Assembly: GCA_000004985.1 (NCBI GenBank)
Contig: GG738902.1
Reading direction: 5' to 3' (one strand)
From: Naegleria gruberi
Taxonomy: Eukaryota
DNA length: 64,000 bases
Shown: in pieces, positions 21,580 to 32,512 of the stretch
Numbering within the stretch: the first letter of the stretch is position 1
Layout of the letters: each line of letters begins with the position of its first letter
Notes under the pieces: generated by a model
Databases searched by the model: none
Told to the model about the DNA's origin: nothing
Seen by the model: only the letters and a program-made list of their open reading frames with translations
Program-made: the position numbers and the translations under genes

Positions 21580-21640
21580 TAATTAAGTAATTTTTATAAA
21601 AATTGATATTATTCGAAAAGGACTTTGATCTCAGTAATTT

Positions 21641-24364
21641 TTACATGACTGAACACTTCTCATCATTTGACTTTTCCTTATTGTTCCTCTTCTTTTTCTT
21701 TCCTTCACTTTGATCATCAGTGTCAGATTCACTATCTTCATCATCTTTATCAGACAATGATCGAGCCAATGGTAAAATGTAATCATCAGCAGCAGAGACA
21801 CCCTTTCTCTTTTCATTGTAAGTCCATTGTAATTCACCATCTTCAATTCTGTAAGCAGAACAAATAGCAACACCCTTATCAGGCTTAACAAGAGGTGTGA
21901 AGAAAGATCTCACTACACACAATTGAGGATTACTAATAGTCTTGTCGTCTGTCTTTTTGGTTGCGAAACGTTTGCAGAATGAAATGTCAAAGCCCTTTTC
22001 AGCCTCTGACAAATCTCCACCATTTCCATGGTAACATTCATGAACCTTTTGCCATTTGACAGCACCATCCTTCAAATTAATGGCTATCAGTTGAACATCA
22101 ACACGTTGTTGAATAGTGAGGAATCTACGTTGATCAATAACTTGTCTAGAAAAGACCATTATTCTTGATTCTTCATTAGTATTCAAAAGAGGAGAAGAAA
22201 TGGAATGTTGAATATGTGAAAATTCAAACATGAATTGAGCATCCTTCTTCCATGAGAATGGTTGACTCCACTTGAGTTGGAAAGTTCCTTCTTGAACTGA
22301 TTTTTGAGATTGAACAAATTCATAGAATGAAATTGTTTTTTCGTCCTTTTGAATGGAAATGAAACCGTCCAATCTTGGAATACCTGGCTTGGTTTCGTTT
22401 GTTTGCTTTTCAACAATGATAATTCTATCATGTGAAACACCAGTCAATAATTGATCAATGTGGAGAATTCTACCAATATCTGGTTGAATAATTGCCCATT
22501 CATTCTTTTCACCAACAAGGAAGTGCCAATCAGTGATATCCTTGAACAATAAAGTCTTGGTCTTATTTTTGGTAGTGCTGTAGGAATTGGTTTGTGGAAT
22601 TTCACAAAGTTTCTTAATACTAATAATATGAGTTCTCTTTCCTTCTCTATTAACAATTCTCATTTCACCTTCAAATTCATTTACAATACAGAAAACTGGA
22701 GATTTCTTTGGTCTGAACATCATTTGTCTATCTCTTGATTGTCCAGAAGCAGAAACACTAACTGTTAAAGTGTTACCATCAAAAATATATAACTTTGGCT
22801 TTTCAATAAATCCATATGAAGTACTTCTGCTACTGCTACTATTACTTGTCTTGAAACTTTGTGTTCCAGAAGTAGTAGTGGTAATGTCACTACTTGTAAC
22901 AGGTGACAAGACAACATGTTGAGTATCGAGTGGATTTGTGAAAATGGTACTGATAGTGTGTGGAACTTGTGAATTAGTTGGAGTGGAATCATTTACACTT
23001 GGTGATAGACCAGGAATTGAAATGGTTCTTGTTCCTCTTGATTCACCAACTTGTTTAGTTTGTTCATCAGTCCAAATACTTGTCTGTTTGGAGAAATCAA
23101 TGCTCTTATCACGTACAATATTCTCACCAATTAAAACACAAATACCATCAAAGAAATCTTGTTTTCTATTATTTCCATTAACTTCAGTGAATGAAGAAAC
23201 GCAAGAAACACGTTCTCTCTTTTCATTAATCATGTGAAATTTAGTAATTGGATCATTAACAATCAAATTGACCTTTAAACCATTCTTCTTATTAAAACAA
23301 ATAACTTGTTGTGGAAGTTGAACAATGATACTATTCTCAGTTTGTGTGAAAGCATTAATAAATAAATAATTCACACGTCTACTTGATGGCAATTTCTCAT
23401 CAATTAGCTCACTCCACCTAACACACAAACCCAACAAATCAAAACAACCCAAAATGTTACCATACATGATATACACATAATGTCCATCATATAAATATAA
23501 ACAACTGTAATTTGTATATTGATAGGACAAATCAGGAGAGTCATTATAAGCTGTCAATGGATACAAATGTGTAACTTCATCTCCACACAATCCCTTAGGA
23601 ACTGGAGTTGCAGAAGTTCCAACCAAATTTGAATTATTTCCTCCTGTGGCACTACCAATAGAATTGCTAGAATTACCTCCTACATTTGGAGTAGTAGCAG
23701 TAGTATTAGTAGAAGAAGAAGTATTAGAAGAAGTATTCTTCAATGGAGTACTTGGTGAATTTGGTTGTTGAAGTTGCAATTGTTGTTGAGAAGACAAGGA
23801 TGATGAAGAATTGCTTGCTGGAAGAGAACCACCTTGTTGTAAAGCAAGTGCAGCAGTAGAGAGGACAATATTTGGTTGTTGAGATGAAGACAATTGTGAA
23901 GAGGATGAGGAAGCACTTCCACCACTTGTCTTACTGTCAGTAGTATTCAATGATTTTTGAATGACAGGTTCAGTATTTTGATATTGTGCAGGAATATGTG
24001 TATACAGAATAGTTACTCGTCTATTTTCTCTATTATAAGAATTTGATGTTGTTGTTGTATTAGAATTTGTATTTCCATAATGTCTAGAATAAATAGTTTC
24101 AAAAACAGACTTTCTAATAATTTCACGATCATTAAAATCAAATATACGTGCTCCTGTTGATGCGTCAAATAGAATATTATTGAATAAACAGCAACGATTT
24201 GGTGTGTGAAGAACTTGATATTGGAAACGCAAAGATTCCAAACAAAATGATGAAGAAACATGTAAAAGTGAATTGTTAATTTCATCATAGGTTAGGAATG
24301 GGAAAATATGTGGAAGGAGAAGTGAGAGTGCTTCTCCTTTATTGTTGGTGGTGGAAGAAGACAT
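21641..24364 (-). CDS. Hypothetical protein (907 aa) with Ser/Gln/Asn low-complexity tracts and an acidic/basic C-terminal tail
   Basis: ATG at 24364. Long clean ORF. No recognised catalytic motifs. Confidence 0.5.
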   Translation of the reverse strand: MSSSTTNNKGEALSLLLPHIFPFLTYDEINNSLLHVSSSFCLESLRFQYQVLHTPNRCCLFNNILFDASTGARIFDFNDREIIRKSVFETIYSRHYGNTNSNTTTTSNSYNRENRRVTILYTHIPAQYQNTEPVIQKSLNTTDSKTSGGSASSSSSQLSSSQQPNIVLSTAALALQQGGSLPASNSSSSLSSQQQLQLQQPNSPSTPLKNTSSNTSSSTNTTATTPNVGGNSSNSIGSATGGNNSNLVGTSATPVPKGLCGDEVTHLYPLTAYNDSPDLSYQYTNYSCLYLYDGHYVYIMYGNILGCFDLLGLCVRWSELIDEKLPSSRRVNYLFINAFTQTENSIIVQLPQQVICFNKKNGLKVNLIVNDPITKFHMINEKRERVSCVSSFTEVNGNNRKQDFFDGICVLIGENIVRDKSIDFSKQTSIWTDEQTKQVGESRGTRTISIPGLSPSVNDSTPTNSQVPHTISTIFTNPLDTQHVVLSPVTSSDITTTTSGTQSFKTSNSSSSRSTSYGFIEKPKLYIFDGNTLTVSVSASGQSRDRQMMFRPKKSPVFCIVNEFEGEMRIVNREGKRTHIISIKKLCEIPQTNSYSTTKNKTKTLLFKDITDWHFLVGEKNEWAIIQPDIGRILHIDQLLTGVSHDRIIIVEKQTNETKPGIPRLDGFISIQKDEKTISFYEFVQSQKSVQEGTFQLKWSQPFSWKKDAQFMFEFSHIQHSISSPLLNTNEESRIMVFSRQVIDQRRFLTIQQRVDVQLIAINLKDGAVKWQKVHECYHGNGGDLSEAEKGFDISFCKRFATKKTDDKTISNPQLCVVRSFFTPLVKPDKGVAICSAYRIEDGELQWTYNEKRKGVSAADDYILPLARSLSDKDDEDSESDTDDQSEGKKKKRNNKEKSNDEKCSVM

Positions 24365-24542
24365 TTTTTTAATAATAAAAAATAAAATTTAAACACTTGA
24401 TGGTTGACATGTTAGAGGTCACTTTTTAACACTGAAAATGTGAATGATGGGTTGTTGTGAGCAAATTCTCTCTCAATAGGATATTATCTGAGAAGACTAT
24501 TAAATTCCTTAGTAATTAATAAATATAAAACTTTGATGATTT

Positions 24543-27500
24543 TTATTGTCTTGAACATTGTGGATATTGTGAATTTCTAGAACTTGAAACAATCATAGCT
24601 GCTGTTAATCCTCTTTCATATTCACTGATAACACTGGAAAAGACATCTTTGAAATTTTCATAGTTGGCATCTTTGAGATATGACACAATATCAACATCAT
24701 CAATGGTTCTGACAAAGTCTTGTGAGTAGCTTGCTGGTGCAGTGAGAGAAAGTCCACGAATCATTCCAAACCACGAATATTCTGATTCCAAATCATTTTC
24801 AATTGCTGCCTTGTATTGATTTTTGATGTCGTTAAAGAAATTTTCATCCAATTCTTTCTTGAGTGATGAAATCCAAAATTCTACACTTCTTTGAATGTTG
24901 AGAATATCCTGACTATGGTTTGGATAGTCACCAGTTAAGAACATGGTTGTAGCAAGTCCAAAACCATTCAAAGACAAAGTTGACATTGTTCTAGAGACGG
25001 CAAAATATGAAAAACCACCTTGTGAACGAATTACTTCAAAGGAGTAAGCTGAAAGCAAGGCTTGTTGCAAGAGAGCTCTTGAGAGTGATGGGTTGGCAGC
25101 ATTTGCACCTTTGATTGGATAAATAGCTGTAACTAGAGCCTTTTCTCCAGCATAGGAGTTAACTTCACATGAATAGGTAGAATTAACAAGTGGAGATGTC
25201 TTTGGGAATGTTACTTCAAAGTTAGAAGCTTGATTCTTATCATAAAGATCAAAACCGACAATGGTTGGCTTTTGCTTAACTGGAATAGATCCGAACCATG
25301 TCTCTAATTGAGGCATAATGTTGTCAATAGAGACATCACCAACGATATTAATTTCAAATCTATTGATCAACTTTTCACCATCTTTCATAATTGAGAAGTG
25401 TTGGGAAACCCATTCTTGTACTGAGAGTGGATTAAGTTTCTTGAGATCTTCAATAGATGTACCATGGAATCTGTGTTCATCAGGGAATGCAGACTTGAGT
25501 ACCTTTTGAACAGAGTAAGTATTAAGAGTTGAAACTGATGTGAATTGGTCATCAATTTCGGTGTTAAGTTCTTTTTGGTATTTGGTAATAACCTTTTTCT
25601 TAACGTTATTATTGAAAATAGGATTCATAGAAAGTCTCAAAAGAAGAAGCTTGTTCTTGTAATCGGTGCTATCTACTTTACACAAGTAGGAAAGGTAAGA
25701 TTCTGGATAATTGATACAGGCCTCACTCAATGTTGTACTAATACTGAGCACATCTGCTGAGCAAGAAATTGGAAGACTTGTTGACTCTGGATAGTATGAA
25801 ACAGTACTTGCAACAAACTTGGTACCACCATTATATCCTTGATTAACAAAAGTACAGGCACCTTTGATATCTGAATTTTCAGTATTTTTACCACCAAGGG
25901 CTACAATTTCAATGTATGCAAGACCTTTTTGGTAGGCCATTTTGCTGTCTGACTTCTTAATATTAACTCTAACATCATTACTGAGAGAATAGACATAAAG
26001 AGACAAGTCATCCTTCTTTTGAACTAACTTGTATCCAGAAGATGCAGTTGGAAGTGTAATACTTGGAAGAGATGCTGAAAGACTACTAAGCATTGAAAGA
26101 GTGCTGGCATCCAAAGTAGTTGAACTACTGCTTTCTGAATTAATAATGGTATTAATAAAGCTTGCAATTTGTTCCTTGGTTGGTCTAAAGGAGGCTGATT
26201 TTGGATCAGATTTACCCATAATTATAGAGGCAGACATTTGAGTTGTACGTCTAATGTTTGCATACTTGACAGGCTTATCTTTGGTAATAATATCACTCAG
26301 ACCTTGAATCAAATATTGGGCATTGGCCTTTACGTGATCAGCTGTTGAACCAAGTGCAAAACTCACTCCCAAGAATTTAGAAAGTGATGCATAATTATCA
26401 TGCACGTTCAAATATTCAAATTTTGGATCTTCGTTACCAAGTAATTCATAAACGAGGGATGTAGAATCTTGGCTGTTTGCAAAGTAGGTTGGTGCAGAGA
26501 AAACATAATCAAGGGCATAGGAAAGGGCGACCAAAAGTGCAGAAGATGGTTCATCTGCAATACTCTTCAATTCTTCAACGCCAATCTTAAAGTCTTCTCT
26601 CCAAGTTGACAATTCTGGTTGTGGGCCTGGAGTCATAATTGAACAAATACCAATCTTTGATCCAAAAGCAAATTCGTTTGTGAAACTACATCCGGCCATT
26701 CTAATTGTGAGATCAAGGTCTGGATATTGCATTGTCATCTTGGTCATTACCTGTAAGGCATAGAGAACTTGGAATGTGAGATCACCAACTTGTCTTCTAT
26801 AAAAGTTATAATCACGAGGATAACTTTGATATTCGCTTGTAGTGATCAAATTGAAGAAGATTCCATTGAGTCCATTAACTTCCTCAATTTGAATTAAAGG
26901 TTCTACTGGAGTTGCAAATCCAATTTTAGCCTCTTCTGGTTTGTTTTCAACTGTTGAAACCTTTGAGGACCAATATTCTTTTACCATCTTTTCCAATTCG
27001 TCCAATTCAAAATCGCCAACAATATATAATTTCATATTGCTAAGCTTGTACCATTTGTCGTAATATTTCTTGAGATCATTAACAGTCCAACTTCTAATAA
27101 CATCAGTCTTTCCGATTGGGAATCTCTTTCCAATAGTAAAGGTACTACCTCCGTGATTTTCAAATGTTCTAGTGAGAGCATGATAATAACTATTGTTGGC
27201 CCTTCTGGCTTCTCCAAGAACAGCTCCCTTCTCAGTTTCCACGTATTCTGCTACATATTCACTTTGTTGAACTTGTGCAAAGAAAATATCCATAATATCT
27301 TCAAAGCTTTCCTTGGTATCGTCAATCTTATTTTCCAATAATTCGTAAACAGTACTTCTAAAACTAGTGAAAGCATTAAAACCTCCAACATTGCTGTTTT
27401 CAATTTTTCTCCAAACACCACCTCTACCTTTGAATGACTTGGAATTATCAAATGCCATATGTTCAACCATGTGACTGATACCTTGTTCGCTTTCTTCTTC

Positions 27501-28052
27501 ATTCACCGAACCAGTATAAACATGTAACAAGGCACTAAATCTCTTCTTATTAAAAGTATTCTTCATCAAAACATATCCAAGTCCATTTTGGGAAATTACA
27601 CCCTTTCTAATATTCTCAGCACTGGTAGCACCGGATGTTTTCGATTCGGATACTTTGGCTTGATAATTTGTGGTAATTTGTGGTGCAAGAACCATTAATC
27701 CGAACAAGTAAACAATAAGTAGTAAAATAATACCGATTGGGATACAACAACAACAACAAGTACAACAAGTTATGATCGAATTTGACACTTTTCTCTTGTT
27801 AATCAATGGTTGTCTTGAACGTTGTCTATCATCTGCAGTATACAAATAATTTGCATCATCCATTACTCGATTTTCATAATATTGATTAGTCGATCCTGTT
27901 TCACTTCTTTCCAAAGAAGGTCTATTCAATTCTCTCATCTCCAAATTTTCTAATTGATGAGTATTCTCTTCATCGTCACTGGCGTGTATTGCATCATTGG
28001 CAGAACCCTCATCGTGGTGATGGTCCGAAGGTTGACGATGATCATCACTCAT
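24543..28052 (-). CDS. Peptidase M16 (inverzincin/pitrilysin-family) metalloprotease, membrane-anchored
   Basis: The HMVEHMAFDNS sequence is the inverted zinc-binding HxxEH motif. An N-terminal about 95-aa acidic region is followed by a single hydrophobic anchor preceded by a CCTCCCCC cysteine cluster. 1169 aa. Confidence 0.75.
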   Translation of the reverse strand: MSDDHRQPSDHHHDEGSANDAIHASDDEENTHQLENLEMRELNRPSLERSETGSTNQYYENRVMDDANYLYTADDRQRSRQPLINKRKVSNSIITCCTCCCCCIPIGIILLLIVYLFGLMVLAPQITTNYQAKVSESKTSGATSAENIRKGVISQNGLGYVLMKNTFNKKRFSALLHVYTGSVNEEESEQGISHMVEHMAFDNSKSFKGRGGVWRKIENSNVGGFNAFTSFRSTVYELLENKIDDTKESFEDIMDIFFAQVQQSEYVAEYVETEKGAVLGEARRANNSYYHALTRTFENHGGSTFTIGKRFPIGKTDVIRSWTVNDLKKYYDKWYKLSNMKLYIVGDFELDELEKMVKEYWSSKVSTVENKPEEAKIGFATPVEPLIQIEEVNGLNGIFFNLITTSEYQSYPRDYNFYRRQVGDLTFQVLYALQVMTKMTMQYPDLDLTIRMAGCSFTNEFAFGSKIGICSIMTPGPQPELSTWREDFKIGVEELKSIADEPSSALLVALSYALDYVFSAPTYFANSQDSTSLVYELLGNEDPKFEYLNVHDNYASLSKFLGVSFALGSTADHVKANAQYLIQGLSDIITKDKPVKYANIRRTTQMSASIIMGKSDPKSASFRPTKEQIASFINTIINSESSSSTTLDASTLSMLSSLSASLPSITLPTASSGYKLVQKKDDLSLYVYSLSNDVRVNIKKSDSKMAYQKGLAYIEIVALGGKNTENSDIKGACTFVNQGYNGGTKFVASTVSYYPESTSLPISCSADVLSISTTLSEACINYPESYLSYLCKVDSTDYKNKLLLLRLSMNPIFNNNVKKKVITKYQKELNTEIDDQFTSVSTLNTYSVQKVLKSAFPDEHRFHGTSIEDLKKLNPLSVQEWVSQHFSIMKDGEKLINRFEINIVGDVSIDNIMPQLETWFGSIPVKQKPTIVGFDLYDKNQASNFEVTFPKTSPLVNSTYSCEVNSYAGEKALVTAIYPIKGANAANPSLSRALLQQALLSAYSFEVIRSQGGFSYFAVSRTMSTLSLNGFGLATTMFLTGDYPNHSQDILNIQRSVEFWISSLKKELDENFFNDIKNQYKAAIENDLESEYSWFGMIRGLSLTAPASYSQDFVRTIDDVDIVSYLKDANYENFKDVFSSVISEYERGLTAAMIVSSSRNSQYPQCSRQ

Positions 28053-28651
28053 TTTTTATTTTTATTATTTTTTTTAAAATTGAAACAAATTGGAAGACTT
28101 TTTACTTGATTGTGCAGGATGACTTTTTAGTATGTTTGGTTTTGATTTTCATCTTGGGTTCTTTTGTAAGTTGTATGCATCCTGTTACCAATTGAGAAGA
28201 AGAGTACCAGAGGATTAAATTGGATGTCAGTAAGGCAAAGATCTTACTAAACAGAAGGGAATTTGTGATAAACAAATGAAATTTTACTTGTTCTACAAAA
28301 ACTCTCCCTTGTTTAGATTGGTTACCAATTTTAAATGTTCGATCTTTACAGATCGTTTTCAGATGAATTTTTTTGTAAAATTGATACATTAATTAATTCC
28401 AACAAGTATTACAATAAAGCTTGATCAAACTATTGAAATTTGAGCTTAGAGAAACAACGGAAGAATGCGTAAACACCACATAGTCCTCAATAATTTTATC
28501 CACTTGCATGGAATTTCCCATATTCTCACAGTTCGGAAGCACTTTTCACAAGATTTTTTATTCCACCATTCCAATTCTGAATATCTCATCACAGTATAAA
28601 ATCAAGTTTTCACAATAGTCTGTTTGATCAATTACAACAAATCAAAAAAAA

Positions 28652-29602
28652 ATGTCAACTGTTCTTGTTCTTGGAGCCAATGGTTATATTGGATTGGGTG
28701 TTTCACAAGCATTGCAAAGAAATGGATTCTCAGTTCATGGAGTCATTAGATCAGAAAAACATGAAAAGTTATTGTGGCAAAGTGAGATTACACCACTGAT
28801 CATTTCCAAAGCCGAAACTTTGTTTACTGAAGAAAAGTTTGGTAAAATTTTGGAAAAGACAAGTGTTATTATAGATTGTATTGGGTTGACTGAAGAAACT
28901 GACAAGTTTGTTCAATTGTTGAAAGACCATTCTGCTGAGAGATTGAAGAAGAAACTTGGAAGATTGTTATTCGTATTTACAAGTGGAATAATGACCTATG
29001 GAAATGCTTCAAGTGAAACATTTTTGGATGAGAATGTGAGACCAGAGCCAACTCATTCATGGACTGAGAAGAGAAAAAATTTCGAATTTGAATTGGTGAA
29101 TGGAGAGTTTAATTATTTGGATACTTGTGTGATTCGTCCTGGTTTCGTTTATGGAAAGAGTGGTGGTGGAATTTTCACTGATTATTTCAATCCAAAGATT
29201 ACTCAAGATGGTAAACTATCAATTGCTGGATCACCAAAGAAGAGATGGAGTTGGGTTCATGTTGATGACTTGGGAGAAGCTTATTCGAAAGTTGTACAAG
29301 TAGGAAGAAAGTTAGTTTCTGGTCAATTATTCAATATTGCAAATCCAAATGATTACCCAACCTATGATCGTGTTAGAATTGAGATTGCAAAGCAAACAGG
29401 ATGGAAACCAACCACTGAGAATGAAGCAGACTCACTTCTTATCGAGCCAGTCCCACAAGATAATGCAGGTTTAGTTATTTTTGAGAATACTGTCATGATT
29501 AATCCAAGAAAGGCAATTGAAGTGTTGGGTTGGGAACCTAAACACTTGAATTTCATTGAAAAGATTCATTTATACTATCAATCTTGGAAGAATTTGCAAT
29601 AA
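28652..29602 (+). CDS. NAD(P)-binding Rossmann-fold protein, extended-SDR epimerase/dehydratase or NmrA-like
   Basis: N-terminal VLVLGANGYIGLGV (GxxGxxG). 316 aa. ATG after an A-run. Confidence 0.6.
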   Translation: MSTVLVLGANGYIGLGVSQALQRNGFSVHGVIRSEKHEKLLWQSEITPLIISKAETLFTEEKFGKILEKTSVIIDCIGLTEETDKFVQLLKDHSAERLKKKLGRLLFVFTSGIMTYGNASSETFLDENVRPEPTHSWTEKRKNFEFELVNGEFNYLDTCVIRPGFVYGKSGGGIFTDYFNPKITQDGKLSIAGSPKKRWSWVHVDDLGEAYSKVVQVGRKLVSGQLFNIANPNDYPTYDRVRIEIAKQTGWKPTTENEADSLLIEPVPQDNAGLVIFENTVMINPRKAIEVLGWEPKHLNFIEKIHLYYQSWKNLQ

Positions 29603-29678
29603 TTAATTTGAAACCTTTCCAATAAACAATCTTTACATGATGCTAATCCTAAATTGGAATAAATCTCTAGTTAAATCT

Positions 29679-30347
29679 CTAGTATGTAATTTTGTGAACT
29701 TCCAAATCTTCTACTAAAAAGTTAGTATTACCAAAGTATCGTGTATTCGAATTGGGTAATTTACATTCCTCTAGAATATAGCATTCAGTTTGGTGTGAAC
29801 CAGATGAAATTTGACAATTGGCATTAGGACACACCCAAAAGCAATATCCAAATGCAAACAAGTAAGGAGCATCAGACTCTTCATATCTGTAGAGTGCATG
29901 ATCTCTATAGACTGGTTGTAATCTGAACGCATAAAACTTGTCATTCTCAAATCTGAACGTGAATAACTCATCATCATTAACATTTCTATCTCCGTCAAGT
30001 CTCAAATTCTTAGTAGTATATCCTCCAAATAAATCTCCAGCTTTTGATTTTACAATAATCACAACTTTGAAATGATCATCACAATATTTATGAAAACTCT
30101 TTAAAGAAAATCCATCCCTGCTGGCTCTGTAGAGTAATTGTGGAGGTTTGAATGTATTCAATTCCTTCCCTCTAAATAATTGATGAAATTGATGGTAATT
30201 TAATAATTTACTATTGTTTTTGGAAATGGTTCGGTAAAAGTTTGTTAATTTTGCTGATCCAAAGTGATGATCCAATTTAATAATAATTGATTCTCCTTCG
30301 TATTCTTCCTTCAATTCATCCTCCATCACATGGTTGACTATACTCAT
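29679..30347 (-). CDS. TLDc-domain protein
   Basis: LLYRASRDGFSLKSFHKYCD...DLFGGYT...fFtFrf pattern typical of the TLDc (OXR1/NCOA7-type) domain. 222 aa. Confidence 0.55.
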   Translation of the reverse strand: MSIVNHVMEDELKEEYEGESIIIKLDHHFGSAKLTNFYRTISKNNSKLLNYHQFHQLFRGKELNTFKPPQLLYRASRDGFSLKSFHKYCDDHFKVVIIVKSKAGDLFGGYTTKNLRLDGDRNVNDDELFTFRFENDKFYAFRLQPVYRDHALYRYEESDAPYLFAFGYCFWVCPNANCQISSGSHQTECYILEECKLPNSNTRYFGNTNFLVEDLEVHKITY

Positions 30348-30412
30348 TTTTTTTTAATATTTTAATTTTAGAAATAAAGTTTAAAGTTCCTCTTTCAATT
30401 TTGAAGTACTAT

Positions 30413-30949
30413 TTATTCACAATTAGATCTATTTGGACCAGATGAACTTAGAAGTCGTTTCCTCCACAAATTATCCTTAATATTATCGGTCAGGAATTTC
30501 TTCTTTTCCTCATTAATGACATCCAAACTCATTTCCAATAAATAGAAAATCATTGCATCTAATGTACCATCATTATATATCAGAGAAACCAGTTTTTTCA
30601 CTTCCTCACCATGTCCTTCTTTGTAGAGAATGGTACATGCCTCAAAAAAGTTATGAGATTTGCTATTGTCCGACATAAATTTGTGAAATGATTTCATTAC
30701 TGGAATTATATCTTCAATTTCCAAGTCAAGGAGAATTTGAGAGAGTGGTGTGCAAATTTCAGAAACTTTGGACACGAGATGAATTTTCTTGTTGCTGGGA
30801 GATGGAAATTCAGAAATGGAGAGTTTCAATAATTCAAGTTTAAGCTCTGGTAAGATGAGAAAATCTGCCAAATTTGTCAAATCTTTTCTCAAACTATCGT
30901 TGCACTTGTCAAGTTCTTCATTGTGAAAGAATTTTTTCAATTGTTTCAT
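30413..30949 (-). CDS. Hypothetical protein (about 178 aa)
   Basis: The track start at 30991 is GTG. The first ATG, at 30949, follows an A-rich run on the minus strand. No domain recognised. Confidence 0.35.
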   Translation of the reverse strand: MKQLKKFFHNEELDKCNDSLRKDLTNLADFLILPELKLELLKLSISEFPSPSNKKIHLVSKVSEICTPLSQILLDLEIEDIIPVMKSFHKFMSDNSKSHNFFEACTILYKEGHGEEVKKLVSLIYNDGTLDAMIFYLLEMSLDVINEEKKKFLTDNIKDNLWRKRLLSSSGPNRSNCE

Positions 30950-31210
30950 GGATTTGGAGTTAAATCCAGTTCGTAAGTTTGAGTTGGCCACTTGGTAAAA
31001 TAAAAGTGGATTCTTCTAAGAAATTCCCAGAAATGAAAGCTTTCAAAACTGGTCCTTTCAATAATTCCTTTCGAATAAATATTTTGCTAGTGGTTAAAAT
31101 TATGAAGGAATTGGAAGAAACACTTTACAATGAAAATAGCCAATCGAATGTTGGAACGATTTTGCACAGGTTTGAAGGGCAAAATCGTTCTATTTTTAAA
31201 AATAAAAAAA

Positions 31211-32512
31211 ATGCACCAGATTACATTCTCTTCGAGCGTAGAGGACACTGATTGTGGTGACTATGATTCATACTCTGACAACTCCAACAGATCACAAGAC
31301 TATGATTACTACGAAGATTATGAAAGTGATTCATGTGGAGAGATCTACGAAACTAATTTTAAAGATATTGAAGAAATTACTGTCAGTTCCATTTGTCCAA
31401 GATGTAGAAAATCTATTGGTCTTGTTGCTTATTTACAAGATTATTATGAAGAAGGTGAAAGAGAAATGGGTTATGATATGGCCTTTGAATATGATGTTGG
31501 GGGTGGTTGTTGTGATAGTTGTAATAGTGAGGTTGAGCCTGAGGATTCATCATTAACAATCTACTCTTATGTGAGTGGTGGTACATTGCTGGAGGATTGT
31601 GATTTTCCAGAAGTTTCTGTGAAATTAATAGAATATTACATTAGTGATGAAGATGATGAAGATTATGATGAGGATGAAGAAGATGAAGATGATGACACTA
31701 CATTCGATATAGCTCCAGCCATTTGTTTACCTTTTCAAGGAAAAGGAGATTGTGTTGTTGTTAGATACAAGAACTTAACTTTAGGAATTGATACTGGATA
31801 TTCAAAATACTTCACCAACATTCCAAAACAATTCAACTTCTCAAAGTCCAATCATTCTTATTTAATTGTTACACATGCCGATAGTGATCATTCTGCTGCA
31901 GTAGACAAGTTTATAGAAAAAGCCAAACGAACTCCCCACTTGCTGTTCACAGATGCTAGAAAACAAGATTCTTTCAACATAGCAACAGTTCAAGATATTT
32001 CAAAAACAATTGCTTATCATTACAATGACCTAACAGTTACAAGCTATTTGCCACCTGGTAACAATACAAACGATCGCTCCATAATCAACATCATAAACTG
32101 GAGGGGAAAGAAATTGGTTTTTGCTGGAGACCAACAATATTCAACAATACTGAAAGTATTGGCTGCGAAAGGGATTGAAAGTGTATATTTATTCCATATC
32201 CCTCATCATGGTTCTAAGCATAATTGGGACTGTGACGTCTTAATACCAGCCAAAAATTATCTTGTAACTGGCTATCCAACAACCAAATACCCTGAGTTTA
32301 ATAGTGACTCTCATTTCCAAGTTGTGAGAGGTGTTTGTGAGATGTTGTTGCTACATAAGAATTTTGGAGAAGTTATCATTTATTTTACTAACTGTCGTTT
32401 AACTGTTGAGGATTGGTGTCGTATTCAAAATAACGAACGTTACGCTACGGTGAAAAGGTTTGTTCGTATTGTTACAACCAACAACCATCAACAAACTTTC
32501 AGTATTTTGTAA
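31211..32512 (+). CDS. ComEC/Rec2-type metallo-beta-lactamase-fold protein with an acidic Cys-rich N-terminal region
   Basis: LIVTHADSDHSAAVDKF matches the ComEC-type SHxDxDH motif. AGDQQ...LFHIPHHGSKHNW matches the ComEC-type C-terminal HHGS motif. N-terminal CPRCRKS...CCDSCNSE is zinc-ribbon-like. The ATG at 31211 follows an A8 run; the track start at 31130 is also an ATG in the same frame. Confidence 0.6.
   Translation: MHQITFSSSVEDTDCGDYDSYSDNSNRSQDYDYYEDYESDSCGEIYETNFKDIEEITVSSICPRCRKSIGLVAYLQDYYEEGEREMGYDMAFEYDVGGGCCDSCNSEVEPEDSSLTIYSYVSGGTLLEDCDFPEVSVKLIEYYISDEDDEDYDEDEEDEDDDTTFDIAPAICLPFQGKGDCVVVRYKNLTLGIDTGYSKYFTNIPKQFNFSKSNHSYLIVTHADSDHSAAVDKFIEKAKRTPHLLFTDARKQDSFNIATVQDISKTIAYHYNDLTVTSYLPPGNNTNDRSIINIINWRGKKLVFAGDQQYSTILKVLAAKGIESVYLFHIPHHGSKHNWDCDVLIPAKNYLVTGYPTTKYPEFNSDSHFQVVRGVCEMLLLHKNFGEVIIYFTNCRLTVEDWCRIQNNERYATVKRFVRIVTTNNHQQTFSIL

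Noticed and set aside
30979-31251. Plus-strand ORF overlapping the 5' end of the minus-strand gene and the promoter of the ComEC-like gene.
   Set aside because: It starts at a non-ATG codon, is out of frame with the downstream gene, and overlaps two other genes' regulatory and 5' regions. It is most likely spurious.
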